This document shows positions 50,506 to 64,000 of a stretch of 64,000 bases of DNA, piece by piece. The position numbers and the translations under genes were made by a program. The stretch's first letter is position 1. Every line of letters starts with the position of its first letter. This DNA is from Enoplolaimus lenunculus (lineage: Eukaryota), in contig JASANG010004046.1 in assembly GCA_030248215.1 (NCBI GenBank), forward strand, positions 1 through 64,000, written 5' to 3'. The notes beneath the pieces are model-generated. The model was not told where the DNA came from. It saw only the letters and a program-made list of their open reading frames with translations, and did not search any database.

Positions 50506-51013
50506 CTAGTTTCCCGTTTGTGATGCATTAGTAATGTTTGCGACAATATCGGCAGCGCTGTTCACGTCGACGTCAGAAATCGTACCGAATTCTTTAAGCA
50601 AAAGTGGTTGTAGGGCAGTTACAGGTGGATCCTGGGTCACGAGATTACATGAATCATGGTCTTGAATAATTTCAGCTACAATTGTCATACCAGTATCCGC
50701 CGAATGCGATCTTCCGCTAAACACAACATTGTCATAGCTGACAGTGCTAGTACTAGTACTACCACTAGCTGGTGTCTTTACACCACCGCCACTGCTGCTG
50801 CTGTCACCGTGAAGGGTTACATTACTGGTGTCAGTCAAGCTTTGCTGCGTGTTCAGGTTATCGCTGCGCAAATCATCCACAGAAACTGCGGCTGTCGGCC
50901 GTCGTGATATGGATAAGTCAGCGGTACTTAACGGTGCCGTCACATCAACACGAAATTGATCTTCTATCACAGCGTTGCCACTTTGGCTTACCGATGTCGT
51001 TGTTGTTGTTGTC

Positions 51014-51074
<61 letters not shown>

Positions 51075-52702
51075 CAGTAGTTATCGACGCCATGGATATA
51101 TAATGGTTGGCAGAACCGGTATCGTTACTTGCAGGTTTACGATGTTGCTGCTTGCCACCTGACGTCCCGGATTTAGTGTTGTTTTTGTTGAAAACGCCGT
51201 TTACCACAACCTGAGCTAAATCGAACGCCTGTAAAACCGGATCAACACTCAAAGGACCACCGCCATATGTCGTTGGTACCACACTCCTTTGTCCAAAAAC
51301 GGCAATACTATTATTTAGTTCCCTGTTATTACCTAAAGCTTGTTGCACACCAAGCACATTTGCAACGTTGTTACCACACCCGGATGCACCACCTATAACA
51401 ACAGCTGACGGTGGACCTGGCAGATTCAACAAAGTGTGCGGTTGAGGAGCGCGTGGCGGTGGTGCATGTTGTAAAAGCGATTGTGGTGGCAAAGTTACTG
51501 TTGCACTGATTGGGGGAAGCATTATACCACCGAGAACATGTGGCGCGCCCATTCGCACAGGGCCATCGAAACTGCCAACACCACCACCGCCATACAAACA
51601 CCGCCCGTCGTCAAAACTTGCGCTCCGACTTAACTGAAGAAAACTGCTGTTGGCGCTTGGCACATCGCCAGCAGCGGTAGCGCTATTTGCAAGCGACGGC
51701 GATTTTTGTTGTTGTTGCGGTAAGCAATTGCTGCCGGTAAACACGCGGTCAGCAGAATTACATTCATCACTGACCATACTGGTTCTGTGATGAGATGATC
51801 CAGGAGGTGGCTGAGAACTTGGCGGAGGTGGAGGTGGGACGGCAAAAACAGCAGCCGAAGGCGGTGGTTGTTGCAGCATTAAGGGAAGCGTCCCCGGTCC
51901 CACAGCAGTTACGTGATGTTTTCGGTTGTCAGTAACATTTTTGTCGTCGTCGTTGTTGTTAGGGCCAGCTGCAAGCAATTGTGGCGCCGCCGCAGACAGA
52001 CGTATCGCCGAATGTAATGGGGCACGCGACTGATCAGCGACAGATGGCGGTGGCGGCAGTTGTTGCAATAATGCAGTTGGCTGTAAAGGCGGCGGCCGAC
52101 TATACTGCTGAACTGGAAATCGTCTAACCGCTCCAGTAGTAGTAGCAACATAATTAGCGCCGCGAATTGTAGCTGTTGCATCTTTTAGCTCATACTTTGG
52201 AGGAAATCCACTACTGACCGTCGGACGTAAAGTTTGACTATGAAGCGCTGAAGTGATTGCTGATTTCGTTCCAGTATTCGTTGCCTTAATATTCCGACTG
52301 CTTGCCGTCAAAGTTGTGTCAGGTAAATTTCCAAATGTTGCTGCTGCAGTGTAACTACAACCGTCGTCTCCACCGTTATTATTGTTCGCTGTGATCAATA
52401 AAGAAAAATCATTTGGTGTATCGTTTGCTATATGGTCAGTGTTATAACTGTTAGACATCATTACGACGGGCGGGGGTAATTCAGTGAAAAAATACGGTGA
52501 AACCGCTGCTGACGAACTTGCAATGGTTGGCTGGGGTGTTGCTACTCTTGTAGCAACCGATGCGGTAATCATAGAAGCATCGCTCTTTTTGTTATCGGAG
52601 GAAGCATCCGCCACTACTACAACATCACTCGGTTTATAGGGGGCAACAGTTGCCGTCGGGTTACCAGATCCAGATGTACTTGTTTTAACTGCCAAATTTC
52701 GA
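50506..52702 (-). CDS. PRRC2: PRRC2/BAT2/nocte-like protein, terminal exon (Pro/Thr/Ser-rich, poly-Thr)
   Basis: Acceptor TATTTTAG| at 52703, phase 2 matching the donor at 54115; 731-codon open frame to TAG. Confidence 0.7.
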
Positions 52703-53129
52703 CTAAAATAACAATAATCGGTCGCAGCGTAACTCATGCTTACTATTTGCATTCCCTATGCTCAAATACCACATGACGCGCAACTATTTATTGAGTAATA
52801 AAACCGAAGGTATAAGATAATAGCTTTACTGTCACAGCTCACATACCAAACATGCTAATTGTTGATCAGCTAACTAATTTAAAGTGTTCCAATTTCTAAA
52901 ACCTATATTTTAATTTTCTATGAGCAAAAATCCCTAAAGCCAATAGCGCACAATCTTGTCGCTAACTATTATGGATGTACCGATACCAGTGTGCACCCGG
53001 AATTACAATTTACCGGAACCGGAAAATGAAAAATACATGATACCAAAAAATCTATTAATATCGATGACAATTCTTATTTTAAATTTCGCCGATGCTGATT
53101 CCAACTTTAGTACATCATGCCGGATATGC

Positions 53130-53744
53130 TTAGTCGTAATTTATGCTTAACTAATTAAGCCAATATGCAAATTAACTATCAGATAACTATTCAATTATCG
53201 GCCTTGGAGGTTTATAAACAATTTGTTTACATTATTCTCACACCCAAAAACCATTTAGTACTGAATTTGATTGTTTGTAAGCCTAATAATCTGTAATATG
53301 ATTTAAGAAGTCCTAATGTAGACTTATTAATCAAGAAAATAAGCAAATTATCGGCTAGCTAACTACTCAATTAACGGTTTTGTACGTTTGTAAACAATTT
53401 ATTCAATTTTCTCGTACCCAGAAACCTTTGGTGCTGAAATTAGATTGTTTGTAACTCTAATAATTCGTGAAATACATAAAAAGTACTAATTTAGGCTTAA
53501 CAATAATTATACAAAGTACCCTGTAGCTAACAAACGGGCTAAAGGTTTAGAACCCCAACTGCGAGGTTAACACCCCACGATAATTGGCTTTCAAACAAAA
53601 AATGTTTATCAAAATCAGTTCAGCAGTTCCTAAGATTCTTTTCGAATGGACGGACAGACGGACATCCACCTTTGGACCCACGAGCACAAAATATAAAATG
53701 CTTCACAAAAGTCCGAGCTTAGCTCGGAGTTTCGCTTCGCTCAA
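53130..53744 (-). mobile_element. Helentron/DINE-like element copy in PRRC2-like intron
   Basis: Same tandem units, GGACGGACAGACGGAC and GGAGTTTCGCTTCGCTCAA end. Confidence 0.7.
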
Positions 53745-54114
53745 TGAACACTTAAAACCTAACCATCATATACGATTAGAATTTTATAAGAACGGTTCAG
53801 TTCAATTAATTTTTTCAAACACAAACGCAAGAGAAATACCAGTTTTCCTGACCAAATACACAGATATGCGCCCAGAAATAAACTGATAGCGTTCCTACTG
53901 ACTGTTATAACTGCCTTTAGTACTGTTTCGCCGTCACGAAGTCCGTTTAGACGCGAACGAGCCGTATTTATGAGGGTGCAGTGCGACCGAATGTGCGGCT
54001 CCGGGTAATACGCCTAAGTACTCGGAGACGGATTGAGTATACTTTTAGTATCGGTTCGCTCCCTGGTGTTTGCAAACGACCACAGCGTTTCACAATTAAA
54101 CCAAGCAAACTAAC

Positions 54115-57100
54115 CTCAAACTTGATATCCGTGTTTTGTTTCCATGCGACATAAATTTGTCGTCGTTGTTACAGCTGCTATTGTCCTGTTTGTCGCCATT
54201 ACTGCATGATGTGTTGGAATCAATTTCTGTAGCAGCCGTCGAAAAATTTCCTGTGGTGGTTGTGGTCTTTGTCGTTGCTTCTGTTCCTGATCTGGTCACC
54301 GCTGCGATTTGTTCCTTTTCATTCTTACCGGTGGTAGCCAATTGACAAATCGCATTCGTTGTCGACGTAACTGCTTTCATTTTTGTTGTTGTTGCTGTTG
54401 TTGTCGTTGTTGTTGCTGCTGCTGACTCATTATTTGACGCTGCTTCAGGCACTGTGTTCTTATTCAACGTAGTTGTGTCGGGGATGCTCGTACTGTAATT
54501 GGCAGTAGTCATTTGATCGCGATATACGTCGCCAGTAGCGCTACCGCATGTCGCCGAAGTTGCCATTGTTACTACCGCAGCCGCATATCCTAATGCCGAT
54601 TGTTGCGTCACATTACGCTGCCCCGGCGCAGCACCGCTTCTATTTTGCTGATTCTGTGGTTGTTCAAGATCACGACAAGCTGTACCGGTCATTGTTTCAT
54701 GCGTCGAAGCATACAACGGTTGCAGTTGCCCCTGATGAAATCCACCGAGAAAGAAATTACCGTTGTTGCCTTGCTCTTGTGGCGTGTGTTGCTGATTTCT
54801 CGTCTCTATAATACAACTGCTCGCTATCATATGACTTCCGACCGTGCCGCCGCCCACAGGACACGAATGTTCAAAAAGAAACCCGCCGCCATTTTTACCG
54901 TTTTGACTGGAGCCAGAATTAAAGTTTGCATCGAACAAGCCAGCTCTAATTGCACCGTTAACCTCAGTCGAGGGACCAGCAACCGGCGGACCATTGTTTC
55001 TTCGTACTGAGTATAGCGACGGTGGAGGAACGACATTTACATGGTCACGGGCAACATTATTATTATTTGACTCGTTGCCATCAGAACCAGAAAACGGTTC
55101 GCTCCGCTGCGGTGGGGCGTCTCGGTCAACAGTTCGAGCGTTGTTCACGCTTGTAATACTTCCGTTGCCGAAAGCCATAAATGACGCTGCAACACCATTT
55201 ACGGTTTCACCTACCGACGCTAACTGTTGTGTTTGGTGATGATGTATTGATGGTCGCTGCAAAAACTGTTGCATGGCTGTCGTTGCTTCTGATGGTAACG
55301 GTGGCTGTGGCCGCTGCGAAGATGGCAAAAATATATGGCGAGCCGATGAGTGATTTGTTGGATGGGGCGGTGGTGGTAACTGCGGAACGCCGCCGAGTCC
55401 CGTTGTATGATGGGTCACGCCGACGACTGCAGAAGACGCACCTCCTGCACTGAGCCCATCACGGAGGGAAAAACCAGCATTGTTGACAAGGGAGACGTTA
55501 TTAGCTTTAACAGCAGCTGAAAACACCGCTGGTGGCTGCATGTATATTGGATGATGTGTTTGTTGTTGTTGTTGTCGTTGTTGTTGCGCCTGTAGCATTA
55601 ACTGGTTATTAACAACGTTACTTGACTGGTGATTTTGCGACGAGCGATCACTGTTATGAATGGCAGATTGGTGGAATTTGGGTCCATGCGCCAACGAACC
55701 CAGAGGACCGTTTCCTCCAAAAAACTGTCTATGCTGAGGTTGTTGGTTATGTGACACACCTACATGATTGTTGGCTTCTGTACTACTCGAACTACCACCC
55801 ATTCCTATATCACTGTAAATTAAATCACCAAAAACGTTTATAGCACTGGTGGGACCGCTACCGGCAACAAGCGGAGATGCAGCAGTGGCGCCCCTACCTG
55901 CATTGTGTCCTCCAGGCATAAGGCGACCAAGATGTCCTAAATTATGAAAACTCGAGCCACGATTACCTCCATCAATAATGCCACCTAGAATAGATTGCGG
56001 GTGCATTTGTTGTTGATGAAACGTCGGAGCAGGTATCGGATCACTTGTGTTTCCAGATTCAATGTTTGGAACGCTAAACGCAGAAAAGTTGTTGTCGCTA
56101 CCACGACTGTTTTGAAATATAGGGCTTGGAAGTGACTGCATCACGGATCCTGATAGAGTAACGCCACCACCTAATAATGGAACGCCGCTACTCTGAATGC
56201 CATTACTTCCGCCATACGCAGCGAACGAAGATTGTTGCGGCTGCTGCGGCGTGAGCAAAAACCCTGCTCTTAAATCTGCATGCGAGTGGTCCTGCACACC
56301 GGAAGCCACAAAGGGTCCAGTTGTGTCTTGATTGACACCGCAGCCAGCTTGTGAAGTCCCTTGCCAATGAGGTTGATTTATAGAATGTGAAGGTTGAAAT
56401 ATTCCTGCTTGTGCTGCTGACGGAGCGTTTACCGACAACGCAGCCGGCTGATCGTTAACATTCCCTCCGCCAATAGTACAACTCGTGATGCCATATGCGG
56501 CGTGCCGACCTTCTTCCAGTAGAAGTTGCTGGTAACTATTGTTACCAATCACTTGGTCATCAAATGTTGACGGTTGCATCTGATTAGAAATCACACTGTT
56601 CTCTGAGTTAATTCCAAATTGCTGCTGCTGTTGTTGCAGAGGCAACATCATTAATGACGGTTGTTGCTGTGGTAGCAACGTTCCTGGTGTTATCACGGGA
56701 ATTTGCTGAAATCCCTGCGTACCTGACACGACAGACGGCACTGCTGACAATTCACCAATCTCACCCCCTCTGAATGCTGCATGCCCTGGAACACTCAATG
56801 CAGCAGACCCTTCCACAACACTTGAGCTGACATCTGCTCCGGCTGACATTATGCTACTGGCATCACACGAAGCAACATTTGTTGTCGCGAAATTTGGCTG
56901 CGGCTTGACCATGGCAACATTTGATGGCAGAAACGGTCCAATCGTAGAACTTGCAATTTCTTTGCAGCCGAGGAAAGATGCAATATCTTGTTGTTGTTGC
57001 TGCTGCTGCTGCTGCTGCTGAGGTGGTGGCGGCACTACATACGGTTTTTCACATCTGGTCTCGTTCGAGTTTGCGCTACACGGCATTGCTACTGCCGATA

Positions 57101-58768
57101 ATCTTGTATTATCCGCCTGTGATACACTGCGGCCAACAGTAAAAGCACTAGTATCCGATATGATACCATCAGCAGCATTATTGTTATCTGCAATATCATT
57201 ATGATCAGCTGTGTGGTGAACAGCCAAATGGTTACCAATAACGGCATCGTTTTCTCGATTCTGTTGCGGACAGTGCGGAACCGGTTCGCTCGATGAGTCG
57301 TACGGCTGTGCTTCTCTGCCACCCGTATCTCGATTGTTGACCACTCTCAGATGGTCACTGGTACTACCTGCATTAGCGCCATCATGATCATCATTATCCC
57401 AAAACGTTTTGACTGATGCAATTTTCAAATTCAGCTCATCGGCACACGGGGAAGTCATTTGTTTCGGTGCTGCAGCGTTAATATTGCCTCCGCTAGTTGT
57501 TGTTGCGGTTTCCAAATGATGCTGGCCGGCCACGGCAACTATGCCACCAGCGTCAGCGTTGGCAAGTAGATCTGTTGATGTCGTTGGCATCATCGAAACA
57601 GTCGCCACAGAAGTTGCTGAGCTCTGTAAATTTCTTAGCTGGCTCATCTTGGTTGTTGATGGTACGTCGGTCGGTACGACGCATGTTCCGCGCGGTAAGC
57701 GACCAGGCGCCGGCGACTCAACATTTTCACAACTATTACCACGGCGACTAGCAACCCCATGGTCTTTGTTGCCGTTAGCGCTTCCCACAATATCGACAGC
57801 ATCGCTTTCAGCCAACGCGGCCGCAAGTGACGCATCGAATGTAAAATCCAAGCGAAGACCATCATCGTCGACGCCGACATCATTCTTTTGTTCCAAATAC
57901 ACGTCTTGCTGTTGCAACCGTTGACGGACCACGGCGCCATCTGCTACTGCTGCGCCTGTAGACACTGAAGCGGGACTATGTTGTTGACTACTACCTCCAA
58001 CATTAACAATATGTCCAGTCGGCGCTACGCTCTGCAACTGTATGCCATCTTCTGTTGCACTACTTATATGGTCACGTTGGTTATCTTGTTGTTGTTGTTG
58101 TTCTTGTTGCTCTAGTTGAGATGTGTTCACCAGGTTATCACAGGCGCCTAACACCCCTGTCGCATCTTTCGAAGATGTTGTGACTCGGGTACCACGCACT
58201 GAGGGCTGTGGTGGCATACCCCATATTTCAGTGCCTGTCCTTGAAGGTGTGCTAGTCGCGTCGCTTCTTAAATATATCCGTGATGTTCCTCCAGTAGAAC
58301 GTTGGACATTTACACCTGTTGCTGCTACACTACCACCACCACCACCACCACGAGTTAGATGTTCTTGTGGCTCTTGGTGGTGGTGATGATATCGACTGAG
58401 TTGTTCTGACTGTTGTACATTATCATTGTAATGTGTTGGATCGCAGCTAAGTTGTTGTTCTTGTTGTTGTTGTTGCCTCCTTATACTAGCCGCTGTTAAA
58501 AGTGGCGGCGGTCGGACATCAGATAAACATGCAGGATGGTTTATTTCACTATTATCCGGAATTTCCGCAGCGTTAGCTTTTTGACCAACTTTGCTACGAT
58601 GCTCGTGATGCAGTAGGTGTTCCTTTTGCTGATAATTGTTGCGAGCATATAAAAAGGACGCTCCTGTTGCGTCTTGTTGATGCGGTACTGTCCCTGTGGA
58701 TTGTTGCTGTAAAGATGGCGATGGTGGATTTTCCCACGTGCTAATAGTTGGTGGAACTGTGAGTGGCT
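54115..58768 (-). CDS. PRRC2: PRRC2/BAT2/nocte-like protein, 4.65-kb exon (Q/G/S-rich)
   Basis: TTGTAG| acceptor (phase 1) and AG|GTTAGT donor. Contains LDFTFDASL and DELNLKIASVKTFWD, which resemble conserved C-terminal motifs of invertebrate PRRC2/nocte as recalled. Confidence 0.85.
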
Positions 58769-59129
58769 CTACAATATAACACATGCAACAAAATAAGAAT
58801 AACGGTGATTTTTTCACTAGATCCACGTTGCTATTCTAACCGTCAAAGTTCTAGCGGAATACCAGTTCCGGCAGGAACGCCTGCAAAACGCCTATTCCTG
58901 TTCTGATTCCGGTAGTCAACGCGCAGAAACAGGAATTGTTACGTTTCGCTGAAATAAAAATGAACCCAGTAATTCGATGACGCTGTAGTTTGAAATTCCG
59001 TTCTCCCGTCCGGCGAATTTTCTATTGGAACCGTGATAGTACCTTGTTAAAACCGATTACATAAAATTTTTGGGGTATATATGTGAACAATTTTTCCTAT
59101 AGTGCCACACGCGCACAGGTCGCACTTAC

Positions 59130-59325
59130 CTCCTAACAACGGCATAACGCTATGCTGTCGGTTTTGATCAACGGAATTGCGCATACTACTTCCGCGTACA
59201 GAGGCCCTTGCTAAGCCTGTAGTTATTGTATTGCTAGTGCCACGCCTTTTCGAAGATCGACGTTCGCGATTTTTTCCACTTAATTTAGCATTGTTGTCGC
59301 TAATTCGTTGAGGACTTTCTGATTT
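59130..59325 (-). CDS. PRRC2: PRRC2-like exon (KSESPQRIS...SVMPLLG)
   Basis: CTTCAG| acceptor, G|GTAAGT donor; phase 0 to 1 bridges the flanking exons. Not in the supplied ORF track. Confidence 0.8.
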
Positions 59326-60091
59326 CTGAAGTATAACGGTTTCAAATCAATTCACCACCCGGTTATTGAAATGATTTTTGTACATAAAAATGTAAAGACC
59401 AGACCACATGGTGCAATCAAACAACTTTAATCCAAATTTTACACACGTAACCAGGTTGCAACCGGAATTCCAATTCCGATTAAAAGCCCGATTCAAAAGG
59501 AGTTCCGATTTCGATTGGACAGTCAATCGGAATAGGATATACTGCATAAGAATTCTGTATCATTTATCTATTAAATTGCTTTCGATGCGCTAACTATTCT
59601 TCGCGAACTTGTTCATGAGACGTTTTTGAAAATTGTTGCCAGCCAGCAGACAGTCTAAATAAATATTACATTTGTTCATACAAATTGTCCTTACATTCGC
59701 AAAATTATTACAATTCCGGTATAAATTTGATGTTTCGATTCCGATGTAATCCAGTTAAGCTTTACACCCTGCATGTAATTCTAGAGAGGGGTATTTGGTT
59801 CCATTTTAAGAATATTTTAAAACAAATGTTTAAAGTTTGATTTCAAAATCAATTCTTGATGCTAATATAAGTAACTACTGATTCGGATGAGTCAGTAGAT
59901 TTTTTTATTTCTAAGTCTTGCTCTTTTGATGCGAATATATTGCGAACTGATAGTGAAAAGTCGAAAACAATAACAATAATTTATCAAATCTGTATATAAA
60001 TGAACAAAGTCTTTCGGTTTCTGTTTTTTTCGGTTTCACCCAGGATTGTTGAAACAAAAAACTAAGTGGTCTAACGACCGAAACTACTAAC

Positions 60092-60264
60092 CTCATCTTT
60101 TCGGTGATGGGGTCGCTTGCGACAAACCACCTGAAACTCTTCGCCACCGTCATCATCAGCATTATAGTCGACGTTGCAGAGATTATCATTTTGTCCGCCA
60201 CCACCACAACGACCCATTGCATTATTGAAGCCAACGCCGGGTTGGTCATCAATGACAAATACGC
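60092..60264 (-). CDS. PRRC2: PRRC2-like exon (GVFVIDDQP...DDDGGEEFQVVCRKR)
   Basis: With the previous exon it forms DINNIAGVFVIDD...F-x-V-V-x-R-K, matching the PRRC2 DLNNYASVVIIDD...FTEVVSKK motif as recalled. CAATAG| acceptor, GAG|GTTAGT donor. Confidence 0.88.
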
Positions 60265-60625
60265 CTATTGCGAAATAACAAAAGCAATCATGTAGAGATC
60301 AGAGATGCTATGGAGGAGCGCGGCCCAATTGCAGATGCGCAAGACTCATTGCGTCATAAACAGCTGCATGAGAATCTAGAGTTTCTGTCGTGCGAAAATA
60401 TATATCGGCTACCGTTGTTACCGACATCCGATTCATTCCTATTTAACGAATATTCCCTGACAACAATTTTCAGGTCCAAAAGTAATATGACCTGCAGGCT
60501 AGCTGGTATATACGTTGGCTTAAAGAAAACTGGGAAACCGCACATGCCAGACAATGGAGGTCAAGAAACATTATGGGTTGAGGACACGCAGTCTGAAACT
60601 AGTCAGTATTTAGCAATTTGCTTAC

Positions 60626-60720
60626 CAGCTATATTATTGATGTCGACTTGTGCCAGTGCGTCAGGTTTGCTACTTTCAGTTGCTTTTGTGGTGACTGCTG
60701 AACACGCGCCGCCTGCTTTA
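60626..60720 (-). CDS. PRRC2: PRRC2-like exon (KAGGAC...LAQVDINNIA)
   Basis: TTTTCAG| acceptor, G|GTAAGC donor, phase 2 to 1. Confidence 0.85.
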
Positions 60721-61573
60721 CTGAAAACATATTTTAAAACGCCTTCCGTATGTCCCAATGTGACATACCACTATTACAGGAGCCCATACTATACATATTT
60801 ACGGTTGTTGAAAGGTTACTATCAAACCCCAGTCATCGAGTATTGATACTCTATTGGTGTTAGCGAACCCTTTTCAGACACATTATCGCATCAAGTTGGC
60901 GTTCGCATTTAACCAAAGTTTAGGGCACAAACACGATTCATTAAAAACTGATGCAACAAGATGTGTGCAAATTATCACAATTACAACTTCTAGTTTTATA
61001 TGCGCTAGTTCCGATTCAATGGCCTACATAAATAACTAGCTTATAAATTACACGCAATACTACAGCCTACAATACCGCGCTAACAATGATCCATGAACCT
61101 CTCGAATTTTTCACTGTGTGGTGATGAGGAGATGTAAACCGTCCCCAATAGGTTAGTTTGCCTGCTAGGTAACATTATTGAATAATACATTGAACCAAGT
61201 TTTATTTTTTGTGGCGCAGTGTTAAGGCTTAGAAACTTAAATGCCCTAAATGCCCTTGCCGTTAGCAAGAAATATTGGTTGGTTTACATGGGGACGGTTG
61301 AGGTTTCACGGTTAGGGCAGAATTTATTAAATATAATATTATATGAAGGATAGAAACCAGGGTGCAAAGCGGAACTGAATTAAACCGGCATCGGAAGTTT
61401 CATCGGAATCGGAATTCCGGTTGCCTTGATAGAAACCTATTTAGATAGTTTCTGAAATGTGGATTATGTATACTACGTGTGCTCCATGCAAAGATCAGCA
61501 GCGGAACGGTTTTTTCCTGGGACTGCACTAGAGTAGGTAAACTCCGTGAATGCCTTCGTGGTAAAGCCATCGT

Positions 61574-62257
61574 CAGGAATGTGCGGTCTCGGTCTAAATA
61601 AGTCTCGGGATTTGGCTGGCCTCGGTCTCCGTCACTGTTTTTTTGAGTGTAAGTTTCGGGATTTGGCTGGTCTCGGTTTTTGAGTCTCGGTGTCTCAAAC
61701 CGATACCAAAGGAGAAAGACAGTTCCCATTTTTTCTGCTCAACTTTAACAATGAACAAACGTCAGTTGTTTGTTGATTTTTGTCACTCTTGACTATAAAT
61801 TTTTGCCGTTTTTAGTAATATTGTCATAAACGCTAAAATATCATTTTGATAAACGATAAAGAACATTTACTATTAATAGAGCTTAAATATACTGGTGATT
61901 GACGATTCATTTTCGTCAGAAAAAAGCTGAATGCGTAGTTTGATACTGAAAGCGCTCTATATATTATGGTCGTCTATCGCGTGGTGTCGTGTTCGTTTTA
62001 TATTCCTGTATCTGTGTTTGTAAGCGTGTTTTTGCTAAAAATAAAATTTTGCGGTAATCATGTGTTCAATATAATAAATTCTGAACCGATGCAACATTTT
62101 TTATGCCAGAATGACACGGAAGACGAAAAAACATTCACTACTTTTGTTAGAAAAAATTTTATTTTTATGCTCCGAAACGGTATAAAAATGACAGAGAACG
62201 AGACATAATAGTCTCGGACTCGGTTGTCAGGTCTCGGCTCGGTCCCGCACATCCCTG
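61574..62257. mobile_element. hAT-like MITE with CGGTCT arrays
   Basis: CAGGAATGTGCGG...CCGCACATCCCTG TIR; TSD not recognisable. Confidence 0.55.
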
Positions 62258-62579
62258 GCAAATTGCATATCGAATATTAGCCACCGTGGACTACTTTTTA
62301 AATTAGAAGTGGATATAATACACCCGCTGCTGTGACAGCATTTGCTTGCAAATTAAAAAGCTAAATTGTAACACTGGCGTGAAATGAAAAACCAAAGCTA
62401 ACAGTTAATTTTACTTCATAAGAATTAGACATCTCATCGAACAAGTGCACAATATTGAGATGCTAAATCCGGTCGGCATTCGCTTCGGTTCCGGTAAAAA
62501 TCTACATATGTCCGACTTCGGCTCCGGTAAGGTGGGTTTTTCGTAATCCGGTTGCACACTGATTCATACGTTTACCTAC

Positions 62580-62646
62580 CGCATTGTTTCCTTTTCAGAC
62601 GTTGCCGTGTGTAATCCATTCTTATTGTTCTCCTGACCACTGGCAC
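62580..62646 (-). CDS. PRRC2: PRRC2-like exon (GASGQENNKNGLHTATSEKETMR)
   Basis: TTTTGTAG| acceptor, CG|GTAGGT donor, phase 1 to 2. Confidence 0.78.
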
Positions 62647-63530
62647 CTACAAAATCCATTCAAAATTACGCCAATGATATGAACAAATATTGTGGAGATA
62701 CTAAAATTCTACGAAAGACACGCGACAATTTATTGATAGCGGTCGTTATATCGGCACAGCACCCTATGGCTTAGTTCTGGTACCGAAATGTTTACTGTAA
62801 CCATGATGTATTATTATAGGTTTATTTACTAAACACATAATTAAACAGTGGTTTTCGAAACCTAACTTGAGTAAATGTAAACCTTAAAGTTTGCAGAAAT
62901 TGCGCGCAGTTTTCCTTATCCAAGAATTAAACGAACGAAAAGATACATTTTTAAAAATTCTCTAATTTTGAATTTTTAAAATCAATAAAAGTTTATTTTG
63001 AAATCCTTTTATTGTACGTATTTTCAACACATACTGCTTTTCTTCTGATTTTGCCGCTAGCGAAAACAAGAGCCACTGCCCGAGGTCGGTGGCAAAAAGG
63101 TATCGCTGACGATTTGAAAAATTGTGCTTTCGGAAATACATAAGGTTGACACAAATTGTGCGCTTAAGCTTCTTAAATGTAACCTATGCTGAAAGTGGTA
63201 TCGATGAATTTTAGTTACACCACTGCATCGAAAATTCTTGTTCAAAATTTCCATAAAAAATCGTTCTTGGAATCTAAAACACAATCTTTTGAAGACTGCC
63301 GATAGCGACAACGAGAGTCACCGCCTGAAGGGTGTGACAATAACAGCAGAAATTTTATGACTATATAAGTGCATATATTTGCTCAATTATTTCATTAAAT
63401 TACGTCCAGTTTTATCATTATTCATCACGACTACATGTGCTTAGTTTTTTATACGATCCAAGTGGACAACAAATCGAAATATAACAAAAATAGTATTCGT
63501 CCGTAAATCGTAACCCTGCCAAAAACTTAC

Positions 63531-64000
63531 CTATCACGTTTTTTGACTCGGACCGTCTACGACTCGCACTCCCACCACCCGTTGCTGTGGTTGTTGTCGA
63601 ACTTGCCGACCGTCGCTTCGTACCGTCGTGTCGTCGATAAATAACGCCAGAGCTTGCGCCACTGTTCGAAGAGTTCTCTAAAACAAGGGAACCGCCGCTA
63701 CAATTCGCGTTGTTGCCACCATTCACTGCCGTTTCAGCGCTAGACACAATACTCGAGGTCGTTCGGTGACCAGAACCGGTTTGGTAATCACCACCGCCAC
63801 CGCGCCGAGCGTTACGATGCGGCCTTTGACCACTAAAGCTTTTACCTGCCGTTCCGCCACTGCCAATGCCGTGGTTACGATACGAACCTGTCCCACCACC
63901 GGATATGTTTTCGTGACGATAATAACTCGACAAGGTCGATCGTCGGATGCTCATGCTAGGATCTGGCCTAGAAGGAGACGTTGTTCGCTGATTCATAACA
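63531..64000 (-). CDS. PRRC2: PRRC2-like exon, R/G/S-rich, runs off the window end
   Basis: Open frame to the window edge; donor ATAG|GTAAGT at 63531, phase 1. Confidence 0.8.

Noticed and set aside
60268..60846. 192-aa plus-strand ORF
   Set aside because: Antisense to a PRRC2-like exon and intron, begins at a non-ATG codon, and has no recognisable domain.

Overview
AT-rich, intron-rich eukaryotic (invertebrate metazoan-like) genomic DNA with two convergent protein-coding genes in a dense field of small non-autonomous transposons. (1) Plus strand: a TSC22-domain/bunched-like gene. The long isoform has 6 coding exons (2267-31226, about 921 aa) with both long-isoform motifs, a TSC box and a leucine zipper. 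Two further in-phase alternative first coding exons (17714-18600, 28670-28875) lie inside its 23-kb intron. (2) Minus strand: the 3' part of a PRRC2/BAT2/nocte-like gene (7 exons, 50506 to beyond 64000). The most notable non-genic signal is at 141-899. It is a complete miniature LTR retrotransposon (TRIM: two ~330-bp TG..CA LTRs, tRNA primer-binding site, polypurine tract, 5-bp TSD) whose LTRs each carry a tRNA-derived RNA Pol III A/B-box cassette, and its sense strand has no T-runs except one TTTT after each cassette. It sits in a nest of related solo LTRs and a second TRIM. A TTAA/piggyBac-type MITE family also carries a tRNA-like Pol III cassette. Other repeats are many 8-bp-TSD hAT-type MITEs with family-specific CGG-core hexamer arrays, Helentron/DINE-like elements, TA-TSD MITEs and a DD41D Tc1/mariner transposase relic. 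All calls were made by eye, with no database searches.
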